Shown: piece by piece, positions 9,374-17,341 of the stretch | How positions within the stretch are numbered: the first letter of the stretch is position 1 | Layout of the letters: each line of letters begins with the position of its first letter | Source: a virus | Reading direction: 5' to 3' (one strand) | Length of the DNA: 64,000 nt | IMG/VR virus record: IMGVR_UViG_3300034631_000059 | Notes under the pieces: generated by a model | Seen by the model: only the letters and a program-made list of their open reading frames with translations | The model's database searches: none | Told to the model about the DNA's origin: nothing | Position numbers and translations under genes: made by a program

Positions 9374-9567
9374 GCCCCGAGGCTATCCGCGCCATCAGCG
9401 TCGCCCCTCGCATGGCCGCCTACCCCTGCAAGCTCCGCTGCCCGCTGGCGACGGGGTGCGACCGCGCCAGCAGCCGCAACGGCCGCGCCGTCACCTGCCC
9501 TGTTCTGGGCGACCGGCGCGTGGCGTTGGCGCCCTTCGTGCCTGTGCGCCGGAGGGCTTCCGCATGA
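9370..9567 (+). CDS. Small Cys-containing hypothetical protein
   Basis: ATGA overlaps at both ends (9370-9373 and 9564-9567). Confidence 0.45.
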   Translation: MSPEAIRAISVAPRMAAYPCKLRCPLATGCDRASSRNGRAVTCPVLGDRRVALAPFVPVRRRASA

Positions 9568-9953
9568 GCGAGCAAATCTCTTCATCCGAAGGTGCCCCAG
9601 CGCCCCGCTTCGATTTCCAGGCCCTCGCCGCCCGGGCCAGCTCCGACAACCCCGATGCCCTGTTGTTCCAGGCCGTGGAGCGGCTGGAGGACAGTCGCAG
9701 GGCGCTGAGCGGCGCGCGGGCCGCGAACCGTGGCGAACTGGCCTACGCCTGGCTGGAGGCGGAACGGGTGTTGGCAGGCATCACCCCCCGCACCCCCGAA
9801 GGCGCCGCCGCGAAGCTGCGGGCCGCGACCTTGGGCATGTCGCGGAGCGGCCTCTGCGATCTGCGCCGTTCCGCAATGTGTGACGCAATCAAGGTGCTGG
9901 CCGCTCTTGGGGCGCCGAGACGACGCCAGCGGACCAGGCGAGGTGCCGCATGA
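9564..9953 (+). CDS. Hypothetical helical protein
   Basis: GGAGGG RBS, ATG at 9564, ATGA overlap with the next ORF; TPRTPEGAAAKLRA motif. Confidence 0.65.
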   Translation: MSEQISSSEGAPAPRFDFQALAARASSDNPDALLFQAVERLEDSRRALSGARAANRGELAYAWLEAERVLAGITPRTPEGAAAKLRAATLGMSRSGLCDLRRSAMCDAIKVLAALGAPRRRQRTRRGAA

Positions 9954-10369
9954 TCGCCCGTCGCCGCACCCTTGTAGCCTTCGGGAGCGCCGCCGTCGCG
10001 GCGGGCGTTAGCGGCACAGGGGCGCAATCCTCCACCCCGCCGGCCAGCGATGCCCTTTTGCTGCAACTGGACGCATCCCGCGCCAGTGCAGTGCAATGGC
10101 TTTCCCTCTCTTGTCTGGACGAGGATCGGGATTTCCCGACCGAAGAGGCGCGTGCGATTGCGGTTGCCGCACGGGAGGCGGCAGACGAGGCTCTGGACAG
10201 CGTCATCCGACAGATGGCGAGAACGCCGGCCGAGGGGCTGACCGGCCTCGCCATAAAGGCTGCACAACTCTGCCGTGCCTTGAAGGACGGAGCCAGCATC
10301 GAGGACCATGCACTGCGCGCCAGCCTCCAGGCGGATATAGCCCGGTTGGTGCCTGGGGTCGTGACGTGA
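9950..10369 (+). CDS. Hypothetical helical protein
   Basis: TPAEGLTGLAIKA motif resembles the motif in the preceding ORF; ATGA coupling. Confidence 0.65.
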   Translation: MIARRRTLVAFGSAAVAAGVSGTGAQSSTPPASDALLLQLDASRASAVQWLSLSCLDEDRDFPTEEARAIAVAAREAADEALDSVIRQMARTPAEGLTGLAIKAAQLCRALKDGASIEDHALRASLQADIARLVPGVVT

Positions 10370-10426
10370 GGAACGCCCTCCCTGTCTGCCCCGCGTCTGC
10401 TATCATCCCTTCTAGCGGGGCTAGGT

Positions 10427-11155
10427 TTGACTGCCACGGAGATGCCCATGAGCGACCTGACCTTCAGCGGCGTCGTGCCAGACTGGCTTTCGCCAGAAAG
10501 CCTCGGTGTGCCATTCGTGAAGGCGGCGTGGTACTTCGGCAGGGACGAGTTGTTTCGACGTTCGGAGATCATCAATCGGAACCTTCCTTCCGACACGCGG
10601 ATCACCCACTCGCCAGCCTACTTCGCTGACTTGGAGTCCTTACTTCCGCGGTGGGGTCAGGAACCAATGCTGATCTATATGCTTGGCCGGCTTCAACGCG
10701 GGGAGTGCAGAGCGCTTGGAGATCCCGACCGGGCCGGCGCTATGCCAGAGTGGATACCTTCGCGGTTGTGGCTGGATCTGGAGCCGGACCCGATGAACGA
10801 TCGGCGCTTTGCAGGAGGCGGCACCACTTTCTGGAACGTCCGCGTCGTCGATCCAGACGCCGTGATCCGGATAGCGAGAGCGCTTCAGTCCAGAGAGACT
10901 GGAGGCAAGGAAGAAGGGGCAAGCAGCGAAAAGAGGGGGCGCCGGCGCAGGGCAGAATTCATGCCATTCGTCCGAGAGGTTGTCCGGATAGCCAACAAGC
11001 CGGATGGATTGCCGGACCTCCCGGCCAGGCCCGGCGAGCCCGATCCCTTGTTTCAGAGGTTGCAAGACTGGGCGGAACGACAGTCGTTCGAGCTTGCAGA
11101 CTCTACGTTGCGGGACTGGTTGCGGGACGTGGATTATCGAAGGCCTCGCGAGTAA
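10427..11155 (+). CDS. Hypothetical protein with possible C-terminal HTH
   Basis: 242-aa ORF ending LADSTLRDWL; start may be an internal ATG. Confidence 0.65.
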   Translation: MTATEMPMSDLTFSGVVPDWLSPESLGVPFVKAAWYFGRDELFRRSEIINRNLPSDTRITHSPAYFADLESLLPRWGQEPMLIYMLGRLQRGECRALGDPDRAGAMPEWIPSRLWLDLEPDPMNDRRFAGGGTTFWNVRVVDPDAVIRIARALQSRETGGKEEGASSEKRGRRRRAEFMPFVREVVRIANKPDGLPDLPARPGEPDPLFQRLQDWAERQSFELADSTLRDWLRDVDYRRPRE

Positions 11156-11159
11156 CCCC

Positions 11160-11184
11160 CGCACGGAAATTCAATTTCCGTGCG
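11160..11184. promoter_or_regulatory. Perfect inverted repeat (operator or hairpin) upstream of the AlpA-like gene
   Basis: CGCACGGAAAT-TCA-ATTTCCGTGCG. Confidence 0.5.
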
Positions 11185-11265
11185 GCCGTTCGGCTAATCT
11201 CCGCGGCTGACGCATCGTCCTCCGGGTCGCCCGGACTCATCCGGGGACTCCCGAGGACCTGAAGG

Positions 11266-11469
11266 ATGATCGACGTTCAGACCCGCCTGACCGTGCCACT
11301 GGCCCGCGCGCCGTCCGAGATCGGCCTCTCCCGCAGCGCCATCTACCGCGCCGCTGCTGAGGGCAAGATCGTACTGAAGAAGCTGGGCCGGACCACGCTC
11401 GTGGACATGGCGAGCGCCCGCGCCTTCATCGACGCACTGCCCAAGGCCGAGATCCGCCGCGCGGCCTGA
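11266..11469 (+). CDS. AlpA/excisionase-like HTH DNA-binding protein
   Basis: EIGLSRSAIYRAAAEGKIVLKKLGRTTLVDMAS...FIDALP, a winged-HTH recombination-directionality-factor pattern. Confidence 0.85.
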   Translation: MIDVQTRLTVPLARAPSEIGLSRSAIYRAAAEGKIVLKKLGRTTLVDMASARAFIDALPKAEIRRAA

Positions 11470-11604
11470 GAACGCAACAACCCGCCACGGTCAGGACCGG
11501 GCGGGCTGCAGGTACGCTACGCTACTACTTGGAGATATATGCCTTCACTCTATGTAGCGCGCCTCCTGCCGCTTTGCCAGTCCTTTCGCCGTGGTCTTCA
11601 ACGA

Positions 11605-11844
11605 ATGGAAGCCACGATGCCCAAGATCCTCTCGCGGCGCCCGCGCCGCCTTCTTGCCCAGCCTACGACCGCCACGATCCGCCTCGTCCATATCCCGAAC
11701 GCCGCTGACGCGGACGGCGAGCCGCGGGTGGCCCTGGAGGTGCCGCCGAAGCCTGGCTCGGTGAACCGCCGCCCCGTGCTGCTGATGTTCGCCAGCATGG
11801 CCGCCGCCCTCGACAGCAAGCGCAGCATGGAGGGCCATCGGTGA
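11605..11844 (+). CDS. Hypothetical protein
   Basis: ORF whose stop overlaps the primase start; start uncertain (11539, 11605 or 11617). Confidence 0.55.
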   Translation: MEATMPKILSRRPRRLLAQPTTATIRLVHIPNAADADGEPRVALEVPPKPGSVNRRPVLLMFASMAAALDSKRSMEGHR

Positions 11845-14408
11845 TGGACTTGTACACCCTCGCTCCCTTGCCGCGCTGGGTCGCCTGGCAGACCGAAGGA
11901 CGAGGCCCCCAGGGCAAGCCGACGAAAGTCCCGTACAACCCCGTCACGGGCCGGAAGGCTATGGCGGATCAGCCTCGCACATGGGGCACCCGCCAGCAGG
12001 CCGAAGCCCGCGCCCCGCAGCTTCCCCGCCCGTTCGACACGGGCGGGATCGGCCTGGAGCTGGGATATCACGACGGCCACGCGATCGGCGGTATTGACCT
12101 AGATTCCTGCTTCAGCGGTGACGCGCTCGCGCCCTGGGCCGAGTTGGTGATGCAGCGCTTCGCAACGTACGCGGAGACCTCGCCCAGCGGCACGGGTGTG
12201 AAGCTGTTCTTCAGCTACGACCCGGCCGACGCCCCTGCCCTCCGCAAGATCATGGGCACGGAAACAGGCAAGAAGTGGTGTGAGCGCAGCGGGGGTGACC
12301 ACCCGCCGGGCATTGAACTCTACATCTCGGGCCGCTTCTTCGCCGTGACCGACCAGCAATTCCCCGGCGCGCCCGCCGATCTACGGCAGGTCACGCGCGC
12401 GGATCTGGAATGGCTGATCCTGGACGTGGGCCCGAAGCTGGCGGCGCCGGCAGCAAAGCCTGCCACATCGGCGTCTGGCAAGATCCGGAAGGCACTGGAG
12501 CGCTCCAAGAACGGCGATGGCAGCCGTAGTGCTGCCGCCTTCAAGGTGGCCGCCCAGACGAAGCGCCGCGGCGGTGACTACGCCGCCTTCCTGGAGGCTC
12601 TGGAGGCTTCATCGGAGACGGCGGACTGGAAGGCGGAGAAGGGCGAGGCGGACGGCGGACGCGAGCTGCGGCGCTGTTGGGAGCGGGCCGGTGAAGACCC
12701 GCAGGACGAGGGCAAGCCTCGCCTCCTACTGGAGGCCCACAACCCCGACCGTACCGTCATCGGGCTGCGCGACATCCTCGCGAGCACGGGTCGAATCTTC
12801 GACCGCGGCGTGCCGGTGCGGCTGACCTTCGACCAGATGCAGCAGGGCATGGTCGCCAAGCCCATGACACCGGATGCGACGGTACTGGAGGCGCACCGGG
12901 CTTGCCGCCCCTACGTCCTGAAGGAGCGGGACGGTGAACTGGAGGAGGTAGCCGCCCGCCTGCCTCGCACGACCGCAGTCATGTACCTCGACAGTCATGA
13001 GTGGAACCTGCCTGTCCTCAACGGCATCGCTTCCGCGCCGCTGTTGCACGAGGACGGCTCCATCCACGCGGCGGACGGCTATGACGCCGGCACGGGTCTA
13101 TGGTGCGAGAACGTGCCGGATCTCGCAGGCCTGGTGCCCGATCGACCGTCGAAGGAACAGGCCGCCGCCTCCCTGCTGACGCTGCGAAAGGCATTCCGCA
13201 CCTTCCCCTTTGCGGACGCTGAGATGGTGCAGCCCGAAGGGCAGGCGGTGCCCACCGTCGATCTCACCAAGCCACCCGGCGCCGACGAAAGCGGCTTCCT
13301 GGTCGGGCTGCTGACGGCTGCATCCAGAGCCAGCCTCCACCTCGCCCCCGGGATGCTTCTCACCGCCGCTCCGATGAGCGGTGCCGGCGCCGGCAAGGGC
13401 CTGCTTGCCCGATGCACCTGTGCCATTGCCTTCGGCCGGGCACCGCACGCCGTCACGAGTGGCGGAACACCGGAGGAGACCGAGAAGCGCATTGCGACAG
13501 AGCTGATGGAAGGCGCTCCGACGCTCTTTCTCGACAACCTGAACAACCAGGCCTTCAAATCTGACCTCCTGGCGAGCGCCATCACGGAGCGGCCGGCACG
13601 GGTCCGGCTGCTGGGCAAGTCACAGTCCGTCCCGCTGAACGCCACAGCCTTCATCGTTCTCACCGGCAACGGCCTGACCGTCTCGGAAGACCTGGCGCGC
13701 CGCTTCCTCACGGTCGAACTAGACCCGCGGACGGAGGACCCGGAGGCCCGTGCCTTCAACGGGGACCTGTTGACGGAGGTGATAGCACGCCGGGCGAAGC
13801 TGCTGGCCGCCCTGCTCACCATCTGGCGCTGGGGCCGACAGACCGGTGACCTGAAAGCCGGGCGTGCCATGGGAAGCTTCGGGCAATGGGGCCGATGGGT
13901 TCGTGATCCCTTGCTCGCCCTGGGCTGCAAAGACCCGGCAATGCGTGTCGGCGAGGCCAAGACCAAGGATCAGCGCCGCATCCGGATCGTAGAACTCTTC
14001 ACCACTTGGTGGGCCAAACACCACGACCTTCCCATGCAGGCGAAGGATCTGCACGAGGAGGTGCGTGCCATCCTGGATCCGCAGAACCGAGGCCGTCAGT
14101 TTCAGGCGGCCGAGCTTGGCCGTTTGGACGGGACCCGGATTGCGGGACTGGTGATGAGCCGGGTGAAGACGGAAGCAAAGTGGTCGATCGCGACCTATGC
14201 CCTCTCTAAGACCCTTGCGGCGTCCTCTACCCCCTATGCCTCCCCCCTATGCCTCTCCGCCGAAAGGCAGGCATGGGGGTCTGCTGAGATCGTAGAAGTG
14301 ACTGATTTTGCTGGGTTGTCCGAGAGCCGGACCCCTATGCCCCCTATGACCCCTATGGGTTCGGCTCCCCGCCAGGAAAATCCAGCAAACTGGAGCAGCA
14401 CGCTGTGA
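11841..14408 (+). CDS. Primase-polymerase fused to an ATPase/helicase-like domain (satellite replication protein)
   Basis: N-terminal RWVAW...KVPYNP...GGIDLDSC...YAETSPSGTGVK prim-pol motifs; C-terminal P-loop GAGAGKG and LFLDNL. Confidence 0.8.
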   Translation: MMDLYTLAPLPRWVAWQTEGRGPQGKPTKVPYNPVTGRKAMADQPRTWGTRQQAEARAPQLPRPFDTGGIGLELGYHDGHAIGGIDLDSCFSGDALAPWAELVMQRFATYAETSPSGTGVKLFFSYDPADAPALRKIMGTETGKKWCERSGGDHPPGIELYISGRFFAVTDQQFPGAPADLRQVTRADLEWLILDVGPKLAAPAAKPATSASGKIRKALERSKNGDGSRSAAAFKVAAQTKRRGGDYAAFLEALEASSETADWKAEKGEADGGRELRRCWERAGEDPQDEGKPRLLLEAHNPDRTVIGLRDILASTGRIFDRGVPVRLTFDQMQQGMVAKPMTPDATVLEAHRACRPYVLKERDGELEEVAARLPRTTAVMYLDSHEWNLPVLNGIASAPLLHEDGSIHAADGYDAGTGLWCENVPDLAGLVPDRPSKEQAAASLLTLRKAFRTFPFADAEMVQPEGQAVPTVDLTKPPGADESGFLVGLLTAASRASLHLAPGMLLTAAPMSGAGAGKGLLARCTCAIAFGRAPHAVTSGGTPEETEKRIATELMEGAPTLFLDNLNNQAFKSDLLASAITERPARVRLLGKSQSVPLNATAFIVLTGNGLTVSEDLARRFLTVELDPRTEDPEARAFNGDLLTEVIARRAKLLAALLTIWRWGRQTGDLKAGRAMGSFGQWGRWVRDPLLALGCKDPAMRVGEAKTKDQRRIRIVELFTTWWAKHHDLPMQAKDLHEEVRAILDPQNRGRQFQAAELGRLDGTRIAGLVMSRVKTEAKWSIATYALSKTLAASSTPYASPLCLSAERQAWGSAEIVEVTDFAGLSESRTPMPPMTPMGSAPRQENPANWSSTL
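14231..14357. repeat. Iteron-like CCCCTATG repeats (putative origin)
   Basis: Direct copies at 14231, 14244, 14332, 14341 and 14350, plus an inverted near-copy CATGGGGG at 14272, inside the primase 3' end. Confidence 0.65.
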
Positions 14409-14743
14409 ATGCGATGCGCGTCCTCCTCCGCGCTGAAGCGGCCGGCGTGCGCTTCTGGGTGGAGGGGGGCGAGGTGCGAATGAGCGCAGCGGCCCCTCCC
14501 CCGTCCGACCTGCTGGCAGATCTGCGCGAGCACCGGAGCGAGATACGAGGACTGCTCGACCATGACCAAGCTGAGGCTGAAGCCATGGCAGCCTTCTACG
14601 CCGCCCCAGCCGCGGCGTCTGGGGATCATGTAGACTGGTTCCGACCGGAGGGGCTGGACGGACCTGACCGGCTCGCCGAGGGACTGCTGAGAGGCGCCGT
14701 CGCGTACCACGTAGGCTCGTCTCAGTCCGATGAGACTACCTGA
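14405..14743 (+). CDS. Small primase-associated protein (TubC N-terminal docking-like)
   Basis: LLRAEAAGVRFWVEGGEVRMSAAAPPPSDLLADLREHRSEI pattern often seen after satellite primases; GTGA overlap. Confidence 0.6.
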   Translation: MNAMRVLLRAEAAGVRFWVEGGEVRMSAAAPPPSDLLADLREHRSEIRGLLDHDQAEAEAMAAFYAAPAAASGDHVDWFRPEGLDGPDRLAEGLLRGAVAYHVGSSQSDETT

Positions 14744-14803
14744 GACCGTCTCAGGGGAATCTCACCGCCGTCTCACGCTGAGTGTGGGGCCATTTGTGGG
14801 GCC
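14719..14803. repeat. Recombinase arm-type repeats
   Basis: Five TGAGAC/GTCTCA hexamers (14719, 14731, 14741, 14748, 14770) and two TGTGGGGCC direct repeats (14783, 14795) just left of the att core. Confidence 0.55.
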
Positions 14804-14846
14804 CCAGTGGGAAGCGCCCCGAATACTCAGTAAAAACAAGGATGTT

Positions 14847-14864
14847 TGGCGTCCCGTACGGGAT
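14847..14864 (-). other. att core: duplicated 3' end of a tRNA-Glu
   Basis: Minus strand reads ATCCCGTACGGGACGCCA (T-stem 3' side, acceptor strand, CCA). Upstream sequence is not tRNA, so this is a fragment and not a gene. Confidence 0.75.
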
Positions 14865-14880
14865 CGCCTTAGACGTGCAA

Positions 14881-14938
14881 AATCAACACCTTGGCGCGCC
14901 AGAAATGGCTAGCTTCTTCAAGCTGAATCAAGGGCTTG
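14881..14938 (+). promoter_or_regulatory. Two IHF consensus sites in the att arm
   Basis: AATCAACACCTTG (14881-14893) and AATCAAGGGCTTG (14926-14938) both fit WATCAANNNNTTR. Confidence 0.6.
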
Positions 14939-14988
14939 GAAGCCGATTGGCTAGCATCCCCCTCACCTGAAGAAGCCTTGCCCAATCT

Positions 14989-15011
14989 ATTTTCCTGGTT
15001 CATTTTCTGGT
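14989..15011. promoter_or_regulatory. Putative operator shared with 63626-63640
   Basis: ATTTTCCTGGTTCAT (14989-15003) is the exact reverse complement of 63626-63640; followed by the half-site TTTTCTGGT. Confidence 0.5.
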
Positions 15012-15049
15012 CGCCCTAAAAAGGGCAGCCATGCAGCAGGAGAGTAGAT

Positions 15050-15466
15050 GTGGATTCCATCCAACCCGAGGGCCGGATCGAGGCATCCGATCCCAGCACC
15101 CACGCGAACATCGTCGCCTCTGCGGCCGTGCTTCAGGTGATGTGCTTCGGCCTGGCCCGCCAGTCCGGCTGGCATAACGGCCCCATCGCGGATAATGCCC
15201 TGCGGGTCCCCACACGCCTCATGCTGACCGTCTCGGAGCTGGGCGAGGCCATGGAGGGGCACCGCACCGGCGCCATGGACCAGCACCTGCCACACCGCCC
15301 GAGCGTGGAGGTTGAGTGCGCCGACGCGGTGATCCGTCTCTTCGACCTTGCCGGGGCGGAGGGCTGGGATCTGGCCGGCGCCATCGCGGAGAAGCTGGCC
15401 TACAACCAGCGCCGCGCCGACCACAAGCCGGAGAACCGGGTCAAGGCTGGCGGGAAGCTCTACTGA
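15050..15466 (+). CDS. MazG-like nucleotide pyrophosphohydrolase
   Basis: LMLTVSELGEAMEG and VEVECADAVIRLFDLAG (ExxE...ExxD) motifs; AGGAG RBS. Confidence 0.85.
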   Translation: MDSIQPEGRIEASDPSTHANIVASAAVLQVMCFGLARQSGWHNGPIADNALRVPTRLMLTVSELGEAMEGHRTGAMDQHLPHRPSVEVECADAVIRLFDLAGAEGWDLAGAIAEKLAYNQRRADHKPENRVKAGGKLY

Positions 15467-15723
15467 TGGCCGAGGCAGCGCGCGAGCGCCCGCCCGCCGG
15501 GTCCGTCTGGCGGGATATGTCCTCCCGGTCGGCCGGCGAGCTGCGGAAGGTCACGGGCTACGCCTCCTTCCAAAGCACCGAGCCCGCGGCCGGGATCAAC
15601 TCCGGCAAGCCCCTGGTGCTGCATGTCCCCTTCGGCGGCAGCCCCTACAGCGAGCCCCAGGCCACGCCGATGGTGGAGTTTCAGGGCCGGTTCACCCGCG
15701 AGAAGCGGTTCGACCAGCGATGA
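15466..15723 (+). CDS. Hypothetical protein
   Basis: TGATG coupling to the MazG-like gene; 85 aa. Confidence 0.6.
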   Translation: MAEAARERPPAGSVWRDMSSRSAGELRKVTGYASFQSTEPAAGINSGKPLVLHVPFGGSPYSEPQATPMVEFQGRFTREKRFDQR

Positions 15724-15869
15724 CCCCGGAGCAGGCACACGACGCCATCGTCGGCTTTCTGCGGGCCATGCTCTGCGGCTCTCTGATCGTCATGGGGATC
15801 GCGTGCCTGCTGTTTGTCATCGCGGGATGGCGGAGCTGGGGGAAGAAGCGGCCGAAGGACGGCGCGTGA
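15720..15869 (+). CDS. Small membrane protein (49 aa)
   Basis: ATGA overlap; one long hydrophobic helix followed by a basic tail. Confidence 0.55.
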   Translation: MTPEQAHDAIVGFLRAMLCGSLIVMGIACLLFVIAGWRSWGKKRPKDGA

Positions 15870-15944
15870 CCCATCGGGCGCGGGCCGGCTCCGGCTGGCC
15901 CGTACCTCATGTGCCATCGCGGCGCAGCAGCAGGAGCAAAGAGC

Positions 15945-16619
15945 ATGCCCGACGAGAACAAGAACGAGGCGCAGTCCGCGCCGCTCGACGTGTCGATTCA
16001 GAGGGTGTCGAATGGGTTCTCCCTCTACATCGGCGGCACCGCCTGGAACAGCCGCGGCGGGGTCGGGGAGACCCAGGTGGCCGAGACGGTACCGGCACTG
16101 TTGCGCCTGGTGGACGGCTGGGCCCAGCGACACGACCCCCGGCAGGGCGACATGCTGGACGAGGCGCGGCGGCCGGATGGGATTGTGCCGCCCGAAGTGG
16201 CGGCGCACCTGGAGGAGCTGGCCCGGCAGGGCAAGCTGGTTCAGCAGGAGCGCACCACGGATGGCTGCCAGGTGGGGCTGGCGGTCTCGGCCGGCGACCT
16301 CATCACCGGCTCTTTGACCGACGCGATCATGGAGCGGGCCTGTTTCCCGGTGCCTGATCGGGAGGAGGTGCATCGGCGCGTGATGGCCTTGCTGCAGGGG
16401 CTGGAGGCCGATGCCGCGGCCGCCCAAAAAGCCGAGCCCGCGCCGCGCACTCTCTACGTTACGATCCAGATCCCCGAAGGCCGGGATGTACGTGAGTTCC
16501 CCGCAGGCTCGACGCCCCACCGCGCGAACGGCATGGGGTGGCTGACTGTCATGGACAGGAACGGCCAGGAGCTGGCGTTCTTCGAGAGGGATACCTGGAC
16601 CGGCTACCACTACGGCTGA
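15945..16619 (+). CDS. Hypothetical protein
   Basis: AGGAG RBS, ATG at 15945; followed by a terminator. Confidence 0.7.
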   Translation: MPDENKNEAQSAPLDVSIQRVSNGFSLYIGGTAWNSRGGVGETQVAETVPALLRLVDGWAQRHDPRQGDMLDEARRPDGIVPPEVAAHLEELARQGKLVQQERTTDGCQVGLAVSAGDLITGSLTDAIMERACFPVPDREEVHRRVMALLQGLEADAAAAQKAEPAPRTLYVTIQIPEGRDVREFPAGSTPHRANGMGWLTVMDRNGQELAFFERDTWTGYHYG

Positions 16620-16641
16620 TCCAGCCTCGACCCCCTTTCCT

Positions 16642-16676
16642 GGCCCTGCGGATCAACCCCGCAGGGCCTTTTTCTT
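16642..16676 (+). terminator. Intrinsic terminator
   Basis: GGCCCTGCGG-ATCAACC-CCGCAGGGCC followed by TTTTTCTT. Confidence 0.85.
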
Positions 16677-16708
16677 GCCTTGCGCCGCATCTTCCTGGTT
16701 GTCATTTT

Positions 16709-17341
16709 ATGGCTATGCCCAAGAACCAGCCCGCGCAGCCGCCGGCAGTGCCCGAGCGGAGGACCCTGACGGGCGAAGAACAGCTTTTCGTCCAGGAGTA
16801 TTGGCGCACCGGGAATCCGGTGAAGGCCTACCTCGCCGTGTGGCCCTTCACCGCCAAGCGCGTAGCCCCCGGCGCGGCAAAGCAGCTCCTCGACCTCCCG
16901 CACATCCAGCAGGAGATGGAGCAGTGGCAGGACCGCATGAACAAGCGGTTCAACCTCTCCCGCGAGCGCGTGATGCAGGAGCTGGCCCGGCTGATCCTCT
17001 TCGATCCCCGCCAGCTCTACCGTGATGACGGCTCCATGAAGCTGCCCCACGAGCTGGACGCGGACACGGCCGCCGCAATCAGCGGCTTCGAGAGCATCCA
17101 GATGGGCACCTCGAAGGGCAACGAGGAAGGCGAGACCATCGAGATCACGGTCAAGAAGGTGAAGTGGGCGGACAAGCACGCCGCCATCAAGACCTATCTC
17201 GAGGCCCAGGGCTGGAAGAAGCAGGTGGACACGGAGCGGGACAGCAACCCCCTCGCCAACCTGCTGAAGCAGATCGGGGAGCGGAGCGCCATCCCCGTGG
17301 TCCACATGGATGGGCAGGCCGAAGAGGTGGAGGACGCGTGA
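16709..17341 (+). CDS. terS: Terminase small subunit
   Basis: LTGEEQLFVQEY, ERVMQELARL..FDPRQLY..DGSMK.PHELD, KVKWADKHAA; directly precedes terL. Confidence 0.85.
   Translation: MAMPKNQPAQPPAVPERRTLTGEEQLFVQEYWRTGNPVKAYLAVWPFTAKRVAPGAAKQLLDLPHIQQEMEQWQDRMNKRFNLSRERVMQELARLILFDPRQLYRDDGSMKLPHELDADTAAAISGFESIQMGTSKGNEEGETIEITVKKVKWADKHAAIKTYLEAQGWKKQVDTERDSNPLANLLKQIGERSAIPVVHMDGQAEEVEDA

Larger units (their letters stand above)
1..14846. mobile_element. Phage-satellite-like integrative element (left end outside window)
   Basis: TerL, DUF2213, XRE, AlpA-like HTH and primase/ATPase genes plus accessory defence genes. Ends at arm-like repeats and a tRNA 3'-end att core. No capsid, portal or integrase in the visible part. 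Confidence 0.7.

Noticed and set aside
14847-14940. Complete tRNA gene
   Set aside because: Only the last 18 nt match; there is no TTCG T-loop, anticodon arm or D arm upstream on the minus strand.
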